From NCBI GenBank assembly GCA_963725865.1, contig CAVSAC010000010.1, positions 160,001 to 224,000 of the forward strand: a stretch of 64,000 nt of DNA. Reading direction: 5' to 3'. This stretch comes from Candidatus Eiseniibacteriota bacterium (GTDB lineage: Bacteria > Eisenbacteria > RBG-16-71-46). The notes under the pieces were generated by a model, which was not told the DNA's origin, made no database searches, and worked only from the letters and a program-made list of their open reading frames with translations. The number at the start of each line of letters is the position of its first letter. Positions within the stretch are counted from its first letter, which is position 1. This document shows, piece by piece, positions 38,003-48,580 of the stretch. The translations under genes and the position numbers were made by a program.

Positions 38003-39991
38003 TCAGAACGAAGGTCCGATGGCGAACTGAGGCTCCCGCACGAACCAGCGCCCACTGGCGTCGACGGGCCGTGCGCTCCACGTCAGGTCCACACGCAGCG
38101 GGCCGAACGGCAGCATCAGCGTACCGCCGGCGCCGAATACATACCGCACGTCCCCATCGGACGGCAGGGTGTGGCCCGAACGCGGGGTGAGATTGCTCCA
38201 CTTCATGTACCGCGGCTGCGACCAGACATTCCCGGCGTCCACGAACAACTCGACGCCGAACGGCCCCACCACCGGCACCCTCAGCTCGGCGCCGGCCAGC
38301 GCCATCGCCAGTCCGCCGGAGGGCTGCAGCTCGTTCTCGTTGAAGCCGCGCACCGAGTTGACGCCGCCGAGGCGGAAGCGGTCTTCGAGCGGCACCCGTG
38401 CGACCTCGGGGTCCAGCCCGACCTGGGGGCTGAATATTTCATCGCTGCCGAACGGGCGGATGATGCCGCCGCCGGCGCGGGTGGCGAGCACCCAGCCGTT
38501 GCGCAGCGGGGTGTACCACGACGACGACAACAGCCCCTTGCTGAAGCTGCTCGCGCCCTGCAGCGGGCCGCCCGCGATCTCGGCGCTCAGCGACTGGGTC
38601 GAGCCGGTGGTGGCGGACAGCGGATCGTCGCGCCGGTCGCGCAGCCCGCTCAGTGCCAGGCGGTGGGTCGCGTACGAGGGCCTCACGTGGAGGAGCAACG
38701 AGTCGAGCACCGCGCCCTGCAGGTCCGCATTGACGTCGTGGAGGTGCTGGACGACGAACGTGTTGTCCTGGGTGAGCGTGATGCGGCCGCGGCGGCCGAG
38801 TTCCCGGTACGCCTGGAACGTGATGCCCTTCGCCTCCTGCGCCACTACCCACCGCTCGTCGGCGCGATCCTCGTTGCGCTGGTAATAGAGCGACACCACG
38901 CCGCGGGTGCGGGTGCGGAACAGCCATGGCTGGAGCAGCGAGGTGCTGGTCCGCAGGCGCTGGAAGCGGCCGCGGGAATCGAGCGACACGTTGGCGCCGA
39001 CCACCCCGTTCAGGCCCTGCCCGGCGAGATTGCGGTGCCCCCATTCGCCGAGGAAGCGGAACGCGTCCGAGGTCCCGCTGCCGACGCCGGCGTCCAGCCA
39101 CCGCGGCTTGCGCTCGACCAGTCGCAGGTCGAAGTCGATGACCTGGCGCGACGAGTCGGCGAGCGTCGAGATCTGGGCCTGACTGAACAGTCCGGTGTCG
39201 TACAGGTGCTCCAGCGAGCGCTCGACGCGCGAGCGCTTGAACGCTTCCCCCTCGTGCAGCAGCAGCTCGCGACGCGCCAGACTCTCGTCGACGCGCAGGG
39301 TGGTCAGACCGGAGATCTGCACCTGACCGAGGTGGTAGAGCGGTCCCTCGAGGACGTCGTAGCGCACCAGGACCGCGAGCGAGTCGCGGCGCAGCGCGCT
39401 CGTGGCGTGCGCGAGATAGCCGCGCTCCTGGTACGCGTTCGCGATGCGAGTCGTGTCGGCGACCAGGTACGACGGATTGAACGGCCGCCCCGCCCGCGCG
39501 TAGAGCTGGCGTCCCAGTTCGTTCCCCGAGAACACGGTGACGCCGCCGAACTCGACGGCGCGGATGCGCGAGCGGCGCCCCTCGGTGATCGCGAACGTCA
39601 CGATCGCGCGGCCCGGGTCGCGGCGCGCGGTCCGCACCGCCACCTGCGCGCGCGCGTCGAGATAGCCGTGCTGGCGATAGAGCGTCTCGATGGCGAGCGT
39701 GTCGGCACGCAGGAAGTCCCGGCGCAGGCGCGGCTCCTGCCGCCACGGGAGCGCGGACGGCGGCTTGGTCTTCATGACCGCGTACAGATCACGTGGCTTG
39801 AGGGCGTGGCGACCCTCGAACCGCACGCCCGACACCGTCTGGAGCTCGGTCGGAAACGTGTCCTGCGCCCGGGCGGGCGGGCCGGCGAGTGTCAGCGCGA
39901 GCAGCGCCATCACGGCCGCGCGGTATCGCCGGCGCAGGAGCGCCCCCTCAGGGTGCGCTGGGGACAACCGTCCGCTCCCGTGGGGTGGCAT
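38003..39991 (-). CDS. Omp85-family outer-membrane protein with about 3 POTRA domains (TamA-like)
   Basis: POTRA repeats (YRQHGYLDA, YQERGY, LYDTGLFS), RFRLGGVNSVRGF, ELRVP, FVDAGNVW, terminal F. Start uncertain (alternative ATG at 39910). Confidence 0.9.
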   Translation of the reverse strand: MPPHGSGRLSPAHPEGALLRRRYRAAVMALLALTLAGPPARAQDTFPTELQTVSGVRFEGRHALKPRDLYAVMKTKPPSALPWRQEPRLRRDFLRADTLAIETLYRQHGYLDARAQVAVRTARRDPGRAIVTFAITEGRRSRIRAVEFGGVTVFSGNELGRQLYARAGRPFNPSYLVADTTRIANAYQERGYLAHATSALRRDSLAVLVRYDVLEGPLYHLGQVQISGLTTLRVDESLARRELLLHEGEAFKRSRVERSLEHLYDTGLFSQAQISTLADSSRQVIDFDLRLVERKPRWLDAGVGSGTSDAFRFLGEWGHRNLAGQGLNGVVGANVSLDSRGRFQRLRTSTSLLQPWLFRTRTRGVVSLYYQRNEDRADERWVVAQEAKGITFQAYRELGRRGRITLTQDNTFVVQHLHDVNADLQGAVLDSLLLHVRPSYATHRLALSGLRDRRDDPLSATTGSTQSLSAEIAGGPLQGASSFSKGLLSSSWYTPLRNGWVLATRAGGGIIRPFGSDEIFSPQVGLDPEVARVPLEDRFRLGGVNSVRGFNENELQPSGGLAMALAGAELRVPVVGPFGVELFVDAGNVWSQPRYMKWSNLTPRSGHTLPSDGDVRYVFGAGGTLMLPFGPLRVDLTWSARPVDASGRWFVREPQFAIGPSF

Positions 39992-41354
39992 GGGGGCCGC
40001 GATCGAGGGCGCGCTGTCGCTGGAGCACACGCAGCGGATCGTTGGCGAGGATGAAAAGGAAGAGCGCGCCCAGCACCACCAATCCCACCTTCTGGAAGCG
40101 CAGGTAGGCCGCGGCGGTCAGTCCGCGCCGGCGCAGCGCCTCGACGATCGCGAGCAGGATGTGCCCGCCGTCGAGCACCGGCATCGGCAGCAGGTTGAAC
40201 GCCATGATGGCGATGTTGATGGTGGCGAAGAACTGCAGCAGCGCGTCGAGCCCGCGTTCCGCCTGCTGGCTCGCGGCCTGCGCGATGAACATCGGGCCAC
40301 CCAGGTACTCGCGGTAGTAGAGCGGCCGCATGAGGGTCATCCACATCCCCTGGTACACGGTCGAGATCACCTGGCCGGTGCCCCAGAACGCGAACTGCAC
40401 CGACTCGCCCAGCCCGAAGCGCTGCACGTACTCCTGCTTGCGCGGCGCCTCGATGCCGATGATTCCCTGCGCGTCGGAGGGATCGTTCGACAACGGCTTG
40501 ATCTGCACGTCGAACGTGGTCTGCCCGCGGAGCAGCGTGAAGGTCACCAGGCTGTCCACCTTGCCGCGCAGCGCCACCGGCAGGTCGCTCCATTGGCGGA
40601 TCGCCTGCCCGTCCACCGCGAGCACCCGGTCGCCCTTCAGGAGCCCGGCCTTGTAGGCGGGTGCTCCCACGGCGACCATGCCCACCACGGGCGGCGTCGG
40701 CTCGGGATGGATCGACGACAGCACGCGCTCGCGCTGCGCGGGCGACAGCGTCACCGCGAGTCGCGCTCCCGCCCGCTCCACGTGGAGCACGCGGGGTCGG
40801 TCCTTGCGGGCGCGATCGTTGATCTGGAAGATCGCCACCCACGACGGCGTCGGCGTCCCGTCGAGGGCGACGATGCGATCGCCCTCCCGGAGCCCCGCGG
40901 CGTACGCGGCACTCGTGTCGGGGAGGGCGCCCAGCACATTCGGCGAGTCCGAGAACGTGATCCCCGTCACCGAGGCGACCACGATCAGCGCGATGAATGC
41001 GGTGATGAGGTTCGCGAACGGACCCGCGAACGCGATCCAGATGCGACCGGGCCACGGGTGGCTGAGGAACTGCTCGGGCCCGGCCGGCATGGTGCCGTCC
41101 TCGAGCGGGGAATCGCCCGCCATCTGCACGTAGCCGCCGAGCGGGATCGCGGACACCTTGTAGTCGGTCCCCCCGCGAACGATTCCGAACAGCCGCGGCC
41201 CGAAGCCCACGGAGAACGCGAGCACCCGCACCCGGCGCATCTTCGCCGCGATGAAGTGCCCCAGCTCGTGCACGAAGATCACGAGCCCGAGCACCAGCGC
41301 GGTCGCGACGACCAGGCGGAGCCCCTCGGGGAGGTGTTGGAGAACGTGCGTCAT
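39948..41354 (-). CDS. rseP: RIP metalloprotease with two PDZ domains
   Basis: HELGH, FSVGFG, PLGGYV, AGPFAN and NLLPMPVLDGG motifs; AAGGAG SD. Confidence 0.96.
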   Translation of the reverse strand: MTHVLQHLPEGLRLVVATALVLGLVIFVHELGHFIAAKMRRVRVLAFSVGFGPRLFGIVRGGTDYKVSAIPLGGYVQMAGDSPLEDGTMPAGPEQFLSHPWPGRIWIAFAGPFANLITAFIALIVVASVTGITFSDSPNVLGALPDTSAAYAAGLREGDRIVALDGTPTPSWVAIFQINDRARKDRPRVLHVERAGARLAVTLSPAQRERVLSSIHPEPTPPVVGMVAVGAPAYKAGLLKGDRVLAVDGQAIRQWSDLPVALRGKVDSLVTFTLLRGQTTFDVQIKPLSNDPSDAQGIIGIEAPRKQEYVQRFGLGESVQFAFWGTGQVISTVYQGMWMTLMRPLYYREYLGGPMFIAQAASQQAERGLDALLQFFATINIAIMAFNLLPMPVLDGGHILLAIVEALRRRGLTAAAYLRFQKVGLVVLGALFLFILANDPLRVLQRQRALDRGPHATPRERTVVPSAP

Positions 41355-41388
41355 CGATGCCAACTCCTTGACTGGGAAGGTGTTCGCC

Positions 41389-41418
41389 AAACTACTCCGG
41401 GCCGTGAATGGGCGTCAA
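41389..41418 (-). promoter_or_regulatory. Sigma70-type promoter of rseP-tamA-tamB
   Basis: TTGACG-N18-TAGTTT. Confidence 0.6.
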
Positions 41419-41503
41419 GATGGCGCCCCCCCTCCACCGCATCGTCATCGGCCGCCGGCACCCGCCGCGCCAGCTTCCCGTGCGGCCCGGGTGGCGCATC
41501 GCC

Positions 41504-42607
41504 TCAGCTCCCCGAGCGGCGGGCCGAGCACAGCCGCTCGTACACTTCGATCGTGCGCTGCACCATGTGGTCGGCGGTGAACCCCTGCACCGAGCGTCGA
41601 CCCGCCTCCACCCAGGCGGCGCGCTCCAGCGGATGCTCCAGCGCGTGCGCGATCGCTGCCGCCAGCGCGGCGGGATCGCGCGCCGGCACCAGCCGCCCGC
41701 TGACCCCGTCCGCGACCACGTCCGGGATCCCACCCACCCGGGTGGCCACGATCGGCACCCCGAGCGCCAGGGCGTCCAGCAGCGAGGTGCACAGCCCCTC
41801 CAGATGCGACGAGAGTGCGAACAGCGTGAACTGTTCGAGCAGCGCGTGGGCGTCCGGCCGGAAGCCGAGCCGATGGACTCGCTGCTCCAGTCCGAGGGCG
41901 GCGATCCGCCGCTCGAGCGCGTCGCGGCATTCCCCCTCGCCGACCCAAGCGAAGTGCGCGTCCGGTACCCGGCGCAGCACCTCGGGGACCGCCTCGAGCA
42001 GCGTGGCGTGGTCCTTGTGCGGTGCCAGCGCGGCCACCGTGCCCACCACCGGGGCGTCGGACGGGCAGCCGAGCAGCGCGCGCAGGTCCGCCACCCCGGG
42101 CTCCCCGCGAACCGGCCGCGGCAGTTCGATGCCGCTCGGGACCAGCGCGAGCCGCGCGCGTGGGATGCCGCCGCGCGCCATCACGTCCATCACGCCGCGG
42201 CTGATGCACAGATAGCAGTCGACCGGCAGCGCGTACTTCAGCCGCGAGAACGGATGCGTCGCGACGTCGAAGTCCACCCGCCGCGACACCACGGCGACCG
42301 GCACCCGCGCCAGCCGCGCGGCCGGCACGCCGACCGCGTGCGCGTGCGCCGAGTGGGCGTGCGCGACCTCGGCGCCGAAGCGGCGCAGCCCGCGTGCCGC
42401 GCCCAGCATCGCGGCGAGGTCCAGCTCGCCGTGCGGGCGCCACGGCTCGACCGCGAACCCCTCCCGGCGGGCCCGCTCCGCGAGCGGCGCCGCGGGCGCC
42501 AGCAGCAGCACGTCGTGCCCGCGCGCGCGCAGCCCGCGCATCAGGAACAGCACCTGCGCCTGTCCCCCGCGCCACTCGCGTCCGGTATCGAGGTGGGCCA
42601 CCCTCAC
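41504..42607 (-). CDS. Glycosyltransferase family 4
   Basis: WRGGQAQV, HAHS, HKDH and EGLCTSLLDA...TRVGGIP motifs. Confidence 0.93.
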   Translation of the reverse strand: MRVAHLDTGREWRGGQAQVLFLMRGLRARGHDVLLLAPAAPLAERARREGFAVEPWRPHGELDLAAMLGAARGLRRFGAEVAHAHSAHAHAVGVPAARLARVPVAVVSRRVDFDVATHPFSRLKYALPVDCYLCISRGVMDVMARGGIPRARLALVPSGIELPRPVRGEPGVADLRALLGCPSDAPVVGTVAALAPHKDHATLLEAVPEVLRRVPDAHFAWVGEGECRDALERRIAALGLEQRVHRLGFRPDAHALLEQFTLFALSSHLEGLCTSLLDALALGVPIVATRVGGIPDVVADGVSGRLVPARDPAALAAAIAHALEHPLERAAWVEAGRRSVQGFTADHMVQRTIEVYERLCSARRSGS

Positions 42608-43389
42608 GCGCGGCCCTCGTTCCGCGTGCGCGCCCACAGCTCGGCGTACTTGAGGAACACCTGCACGGCGGCGAGCGCGCACAGCACCAGCCCGGGGCCG
42701 CCGTCGAGCACGCCGAGCTGCAGCACGTACTGGCGCACGAAGCGCAGCGGCGGGCGCACCAGCACGTCGAGCGGGCCCGCGCGCTTCCCCGCTCGCCACG
42801 ACTTCTCGGCGTTCGCCGCGGCGTAGCGCGTCAGCTTCGTGGTGCAGTCGGCCCACGTGCGGTAGCTGTGGTGCTCGAGCCGCCCGCCGATCCGGCCCCC
42901 GCTCCCGTCGACCTGGACCCGCTCGTGCACGACGGCGTCGTCGAAGCGCGCGCGATCGCGGCGGAACAGGCGCACCAGGTGCTCGCCGCGCCACCCGCAC
43001 CAGCGGATGCGGTGCCCGAGGAAGTAGCTCGCGCGCACGATCTGGTAGTGGGTATGCGGCGACCCCGCCGCCCGATCGGGGGCGGTGAGGTCGCGCACCT
43101 CGTGGATCGCGCGCGCGTCGAGGCGCTCGTCCGCGTCGATCCACAGCACCCACTCCTGCGTGCACTGCGCGAGCGCGAACCGGCGCTGCGGGCCGAAGCC
43201 TTCGAGCGCGCGGTCGAACACGCGTGCGCCCAGGCGCGCGGCCGCGTCGCGGGTCGCGCGGTCGCCGCGCGGGTCCCAGACCACCACCACCTCGCGCGCG
43301 AACGCGAGAAGCCGCGGAATCAGCTCCTCGAGATCGCGCGACTCGTCACGCGCGAGCAGCAGCGCCGAGATCGGGCGTCGATCGTCCAT
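42604..43389 (-). CDS. Glycosyltransferase family 2 (WaaE/KdtX-like LPS core glucosyltransferase)
   Basis: GFGPQRRFA, WVLWIDADE, RLFRR, VHE and LGVLDG motifs. Confidence 0.9.
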   Translation of the reverse strand: MDDRRPISALLLARDESRDLEELIPRLLAFAREVVVVWDPRGDRATRDAAARLGARVFDRALEGFGPQRRFALAQCTQEWVLWIDADERLDARAIHEVRDLTAPDRAAGSPHTHYQIVRASYFLGHRIRWCGWRGEHLVRLFRRDRARFDDAVVHERVQVDGSGGRIGGRLEHHSYRTWADCTTKLTRYAAANAEKSWRAGKRAGPLDVLVRPPLRFVRQYVLQLGVLDGGPGLVLCALAAVQVFLKYAELWARTRNEGRA

Positions 43390-44390
43390 GGCTCTCGAGA
43401 TGCGCCAGCACGCGCGCCGCGGCCTCCGCCGGGTCGAGCGCGGGCATGCAGTTCCAGTGCGGACACGCCGTGCGGTCGCAGCCGCGGCACGGCAGGTCGG
43501 TCCACCACGCGGCGTGCGCCGCCCCGGGCGGATTCCAGGTGTCGGGATGGGTCGGGCCGAACCACGCGAACGTCGGCACGCCGAGCGCCGCGGCGACGTG
43601 GCGCGGGCCGCTGTCGGTCCCCACCACTGCGCCCAGCGCGTCGATCACCGCCACCAGCTCGCGGACGCCGCAGGCCGGCAGCCGCGCCACGCCCGGCGCG
43701 ATGCGCGCCACCGTGGAGTCCACCCGCTCCTCGCCCGGTCCGCTCACCAGCAGCACCTCCCAGCCGGCCGCGAGCAGCCGCCGCGCGAGCAGCCCGGCGT
43801 GCGAAGCCGGCCACGTCTTGGTCGGCCAGCTGCCGGCGGCCACCAGCCCGACCGTGCGCCGCGGCCGGCGCACGCCCGCGCGCTCCAGCAGCTCCCCGGC
43901 CCGGGCGCGCGCCGCGCCCGGCCACCACGAGACTGGCCGCCAGTCCATCCGCGACCCCGCCCGCCGCGATGGCCAGCCGCAGGTGGGTGGCCGCCGCGTA
44001 CTCGCGCCGGCCGGGCGCCGGGTCGAGTGCGCGGGCGACCCGGACGTCGTACACCGCACCGCGGCCGCGCAGCTCGTAGCCCGCGACGCTCGCGGCGCCG
44101 CTCGCGCGCGCCAGCAGTGCCGTGCGCGCGTTGCCGAAGAAGTCCACCGCCGCCCGCCAGCGCCGGCCCCGCAGCGCGGCGGCCAGCCGCAGCGTGCCGA
44201 CGGTGGTGCGCTCGAGCGGCCACACCCGGTCCACGAACGGCAGGCCCTCGAGCAACGGCACGTAGCGCGCCTCGGTCACCACCTCGAGCGGCGCATCGGG
44301 CGCGCCGCGCTTGAGCGCCCGCAGCGCCGGCGTGACCAGGACCACGTCGCCGAGCGTGCGCGGCCGGATCGCGAGCGTCCCGGGCGTCAC
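43346..44390 (-). pseudogene. Glycosyltransferase family 9 (ADP-heptose:LPS heptosyltransferase-like), split by a 1-nt frameshift near 43920 (possibly an assembly error)
   Basis: The N-half (LGDVVLVTPALRALK) is in ORF 43320..44390; the C-half (KTWP, TDSGPRHVAAALGVPT) is in ORF 43346..44059. Confidence 0.85.
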
Positions 44391-44454
44391 GCCGTCCTCG
44401 CGCCGCGTCGCATGCCGCGGGCCGCGGATCCCATGTGGCGCCCGCGCCCCGCGT

Positions 44455-45607
44455 TCACGCGCGCACCGCCTCGCGCCGGGCCGCCGCGCGCGCCCACGCG
44501 TCGACCTCCATCAGCTGTTCCACCGAGTCCACCGCCTGCACGTCGTGCGCCGCCAGCACCGCCTCGATCACCTCGGGGACCTGACCGAGCGCGATCGCGC
44601 CGTCGAGGAACGCGCCGACCGCGACCTCGTCCGCCGCGTTGAGCGCGCAGGGCGCGGTGCCGCCGACGCGCCCCGCCGCGAGCGCCAGCTCGAACGCCGG
44701 GAACGCGCCGCGGGCGAGCGGCTCGAACGAGAGCCCCGCGAGCGCCGTCGGCTCGAGCGGCCCCACCGCCGCGCTCCAGCGGGCCGGCCACGAGAGCGCC
44801 AGCTGGATCGGCAGGCGCATGTCGGCCGGCGCCGCCTGCAGGACGGTGGAGCCGTCGCGAAACGTGACCAGCGCGTGGATCAGGGCCTGCGGATGGAGGA
44901 CCGCGTCGAGCCGCTCCCACGGCAGCCCGAACAGCCAGCGTGCCTCGATCAGCTCGAGACCCTTGTTGAACAGCAGCGCCGAGTCGACCGTGATGCGCGG
45001 GCCCATGCGCCACACCGGGTGCGCCAGCACCTCCTCGCGGGTGGCCTGTCGCCAGTCCGGATGACGCCGCAGCGGGCCCGCCCGAGGCGGTGAGCGTGAG
45101 CCGCGCGACCTCCTCCGCGGGACGATCTCCCAGGCACTGCAGCGCCGCGCTGTGCTCGCTGTCGACCGGCACCAGGACGCCGCCGTCGCGCGCGCGCGCC
45201 GCGTCGATCAGCGCGCCGCCGATCACCAGCGACTCCTTGTTCGCGAGCGCCAGCCGGCGCCCGGCGCCGAGCGCCGCCAGCGACGGGGCCAGCCCCGCGG
45301 CCCCCACGATGCCGTTCACCACCGCGTCCGCACACGGGTGCGCCGCCAGCCACGCGCACGCGCCTTCGCCGACCCGCACGTCGGCGCCCGGCGCCGCCGC
45401 GCGCAGCGCCGCCAGGGCCGCCGCCGGATCGGCCGCCGACTCGAGCGCGAGCGCCTGCGGCCGCCACCGGGCGGCCTGCTCGAGCAGGCCCGCGAGCGCG
45501 CGCCCGGCGCCCAGCGCCGTGACGCTCAATCGCTCGCGCTCGCGCGCGGCGACGTCCAGCGTCTGCACGCCGATCGAACCGGTCGAACCGAGCACCGCGA
45601 TGCGCAT
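44455..45607 (-). pseudogene. dxr: 1-deoxy-D-xylulose-5-phosphate reductoisomerase, apparently frameshifted near 45075 (probably an assembly error)
   Basis: GSTGSIG, LANKES, PVDSEH and TASGGP are in one frame; HPVWRMGPRITVDSA, NKGLE, DMRLPI and LNAADE are in another. Confidence 0.93.
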
Positions 45608-45621
45608 CGTGCGCTCCTGGC

Positions 45622-46503
45622 TCACGGGATCCGGAACACCATGACCTTCAGGTAGTAGAAGATCACAGGGGCGGCGAAGTACAGGCTGTCGAAGCGGTCC
45701 AGGACGCCGCCGTGACCGGGGATGAAGTCCGAGGAGTCCGCCGAGAAGGCGTCGCGCTTGAGCAGCGACTCCACGAAGTCGCCCACCTGCGCGAACACGC
45801 CCGCGAGCAGCCCGATCGCCAGCGCGTCGCGCAGCTCGAGGAACGGCGCGAACCAGACCCGCGCGATCACCGCCGCCACCACCGCCATGCCCAGCCCGCC
45901 GGCGGCGCCCTCGACCGACTTGCGCGGCGAGATCGCCACCCACGGGCGCACGCGCCCGAACATCCGCCCGAACGCGTAGGCGCCGGTGTCGCACGACCAG
46001 GTCACGAAGAACGCGAGCAGCACGTAGCGGGCGCCGTCGCCGTACTCGGTCCCCGCCCGCCAGGGTAGCTCGCGCAGCATCACGAAGTGCGCCGAAAGCC
46101 AGCCGACGTAGAGCACGCCGAACAGCGTCACCGCCATGTCCTCGACGCGCTGGCGCGCCTCGGGCCGCCGCAGCTCGAACGCGAGCGTGAGCAGCATCAC
46201 CGCGGTGACCAGGAAGTCGACGTGCGGCCAGTGCGGGCGGAGCGCCCACCACAGCACCCCGAGCCCCGCGAGGTGCCCGATCGTGCGATAGGGTGCGAGC
46301 CCCTTGCGCCGCATCAGCGACCAGAACTCCGAGAGCCCGAGCGTGGTCTGGACGGCCACGAATGCCCACCACACCAAACCGCCCGCGCGGGCCAGCAGGA
46401 TCAGCAGCGGCACGAACAGCAGGCCGCTGGCGATCCGCAGGCCGAGCGACCACGACGAGGACTTGGCCGGCGGACTCGCCGCCGCGGGAGGTCCTGCGCT
46501 CAA
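45622..46503 (-). CDS. cdsA: Phosphatidate cytidylyltransferase
   Basis: DTGAY, ISPRKSVEG, GDFVESLLKR and PGHGGVLDRFDS motifs; TTG start overlaps the uppS stop. Confidence 0.95.
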   Translation of the reverse strand: MSAGPPAAASPPAKSSSWSLGLRIASGLLFVPLLILLARAGGLVWWAFVAVQTTLGLSEFWSLMRRKGLAPYRTIGHLAGLGVLWWALRPHWPHVDFLVTAVMLLTLAFELRRPEARQRVEDMAVTLFGVLYVGWLSAHFVMLRELPWRAGTEYGDGARYVLLAFFVTWSCDTGAYAFGRMFGRVRPWVAISPRKSVEGAAGGLGMAVVAAVIARVWFAPFLELRDALAIGLLAGVFAQVGDFVESLLKRDAFSADSSDFIPGHGGVLDRFDSLYFAAPVIFYYLKVMVFRIP

Positions 46504-47243
46504 TCCACCCGCCCGAAGCGCCGCTCGCGGCCCTGGAAGTCCGCGATGGCGCGGTAGAGGTGCTCGCGCCGGAAGTCGGGCCACAGGGTGTCGGTGATCC
46601 AGAGCTCGGTGTACGCCATCTGCCACAGCATGAAGTTGGAGAGGCGCATCTCGCCGCTGGTGCGGATCAACAGGTCGGGGTCCGGGAGCCCGGCGGTGTA
46701 GAGGTACGATTCGACGAACTCCTCGTCGACGCGCCGCGGGTCGATCGACTCCCGCGCGGCGTCCCCCAGGATCCGGCGCACCGCGTCGGTCATCTCGGCG
46801 CGGCCGCTGTACGACAGCGCGAGGTTCAGCAACAGTCCGCTGGACGCCGCGAGGTAGTCCTGGGTCTCCTCGATCGACTTGCGCACCGGCGCCGGCAGGT
46901 CGGCGGCGCGGCCCACCACCTGCAGGCGCACGTTCTGCCGGCGCAGCTCCTCGCGCTCCTCGCGCAGCGTATTCCGGAGGATGGCCATCAGGGCACGCAC
47001 CTCGGTGGCCGGGCGGTTCCAGTTCTCGATCGAGAACGTGTAGAGCGTCAGCACCTCGACCCCGATCGCGACGCAGCCCTTCACCGCCTCGCGCACGGAT
47101 TCGCGCCCGGCACGGTGCCCCATCAGCCGCGGGACGCCACGGGCCTTCGCCCAGCGGCCGTTCCCGTCCATGATGATGGCGACGTGGCGCGGCAGATTCC
47201 CGCGGCGCTGCAGCTCCTCAGGCGTCGGTGTGCGGACCGGCAA
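46500..47243 (-). CDS. uppS: Undecaprenyl diphosphate synthase
   Basis: HVAIIMDGNGRWA, FSIENW and IRTSGEMRLSNFMLWQ motifs. Confidence 0.97.
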   Translation of the reverse strand: MPVRTPTPEELQRRGNLPRHVAIIMDGNGRWAKARGVPRLMGHRAGRESVREAVKGCVAIGVEVLTLYTFSIENWNRPATEVRALMAILRNTLREEREELRRQNVRLQVVGRAADLPAPVRKSIEETQDYLAASSGLLLNLALSYSGRAEMTDAVRRILGDAARESIDPRRVDEEFVESYLYTAGLPDPDLLIRTSGEMRLSNFMLWQMAYTELWITDTLWPDFRREHLYRAIADFQGRERRFGRVD

Positions 47244-47296
47244 CGCTCCTCCCTGTGCCACCGCGGTCGGCGGCAGGCCGGGACGGACCCGGAAGG

Positions 47297-47857
47297 TCAG
47301 ACCTCCATGACCTCGGCGGTCTTCTTCTTCAGCAGCTCGTCGATCTGCTCGATGTAGCGGTCGGTGAGCTTCTGCACCTCGGCGACGAGTCGCTTCGACT
47401 CGTCCTGCGCGATGGTTCCCTCGGTCTCCTGATGCTTGACGTCCTTGTTGACGTCGTGCCGCACCTGGCGCACGTGGACGCGCCCCTCCTCGGCCAGCTT
47501 CGAGATCAGCTTGACGATGTCGCGACGGCGCTCCTCGGTCATCGAGGGGATCGGAATCCGGATCACGCTGCCGTCGTCGGTCGGGTTGAGGCCCAGCTCC
47601 GATTGCTGGATCGCCTTCGTGACGGCCTTCAGGAGGCTCTTGTCCCACGGCTGCACCACCAGCAAGCGGGGCTCCGGGGCCGTCACCGAGCCGACCTGAT
47701 TGATCGGCGTGAGCGTGCCGTAGGCGTCCACCTTCACGGTGTCGAGCAGGCCCGGGGACGCCTTGCCGGTGCGGATCCCGGCCAGCTCGCGGCGGACCGC
47801 CTCGATCTGCTTCTTCATGCGCTCTTCGGTGTCGTGCACGATCTTGTTGACGACCAT
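47297..47857 (-). CDS. frr: Ribosome recycling factor
   Basis: IRTGKAS, QPWDK, GLNP and TEERR motifs. Confidence 0.98.
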   Translation of the reverse strand: MVVNKIVHDTEERMKKQIEAVRRELAGIRTGKASPGLLDTVKVDAYGTLTPINQVGSVTAPEPRLLVVQPWDKSLLKAVTKAIQQSELGLNPTDDGSVIRIPIPSMTEERRRDIVKLISKLAEEGRVHVRQVRHDVNKDVKHQETEGTIAQDESKRLVAEVQKLTDRYIEQIDELLKKKTAEVMEV

Positions 47858-47861
47858 GTGC

Positions 47862-48575
47862 TCACTCTCCCACGACGGTGCCGACCGGCTCGCCCTGCAC
47901 GACGCGCATCAGATTGCCCGGGACGCCGATGTTGAAGACCACCAGCGGCAGCCGGTTGTCCATGCACAGCGAGATCGCGGTCGAGTCCATGACCTTGAGA
48001 CCCCGGTTCAGGATATCGAGGTACGAGATGCGAGGGAAGAAGGTGGCGGTGGGGTCCGTCACCGGGTCGCCGCTGTACACCCCGTCGACCTTGGTGGCCT
48101 TCAGGATCACGTCCGCGCCGATCTCGATCGCGCGCAGCGCGGCGGCGGTGTCGGTCGTGAAGTACGGATTGCCGGTGCCGGCGGCGAGCACGACGATGCG
48201 TCCCTTCTCGAGGTGCCGCACCGCACGCCGGCGGATGTAGGGCTCGCACACCCGCGCCATCTCGATCGCCGACATGACGCGCGTGAAGAGACCCCGCTTC
48301 TCGAGCGCGTGCTGGAGCGCCAGGCCGTTGATCACGGTCGCCAGCATCCCCATGTAGTCCGCGCCGACCCGGTCCATCCCGCGCGTGCTCGCGGCGAGGC
48401 CACGGAAGATGTTCCCGCCGCCGGTCACCAGCCCGACCTGCACGCCGAGCCGCTGGACGTCGCGGATCTCGTCCGCGAGCGTGCCGATCACGTTCTCGTC
48501 GATGCCGTGGCCGGCGGCCCCGGCGAGCATCTCCCCGCTGAGCTTGAGCAGGATGCGCTGGTACCGCGCGGCCAA
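47862..48575 (-). CDS. pyrH: UMP kinase
   Basis: [25 protein letters not shown] and KVMD motifs. Confidence 0.98.
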   Translation of the reverse strand: MAARYQRILLKLSGEMLAGAAGHGIDENVIGTLADEIRDVQRLGVQVGLVTGGGNIFRGLAASTRGMDRVGADYMGMLATVINGLALQHALEKRGLFTRVMSAIEMARVCEPYIRRRAVRHLEKGRIVVLAAGTGNPYFTTDTAAALRAIEIGADVILKATKVDGVYSGDPVTDPTATFFPRISYLDILNRGLKVMDSTAISLCMDNRLPLVVFNIGVPGNLMRVVQGEPVGTVVGE

Positions 48576-48580
48576 GACGG

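Noticed and set aside
33520..38055. 1511-aa ORF overlapping tamB on the same strand
   Set aside because: Low-complexity R/G/A composition typical of an off-frame read in GC-rich DNA.
44387..44454. Possible dxr-GT9 fusion suggested by ORF 44387..46453
   Set aside because: It results from the dxr frameshift. The real Dxr C-terminus stops at 44455 and GT9 starts at 44390.
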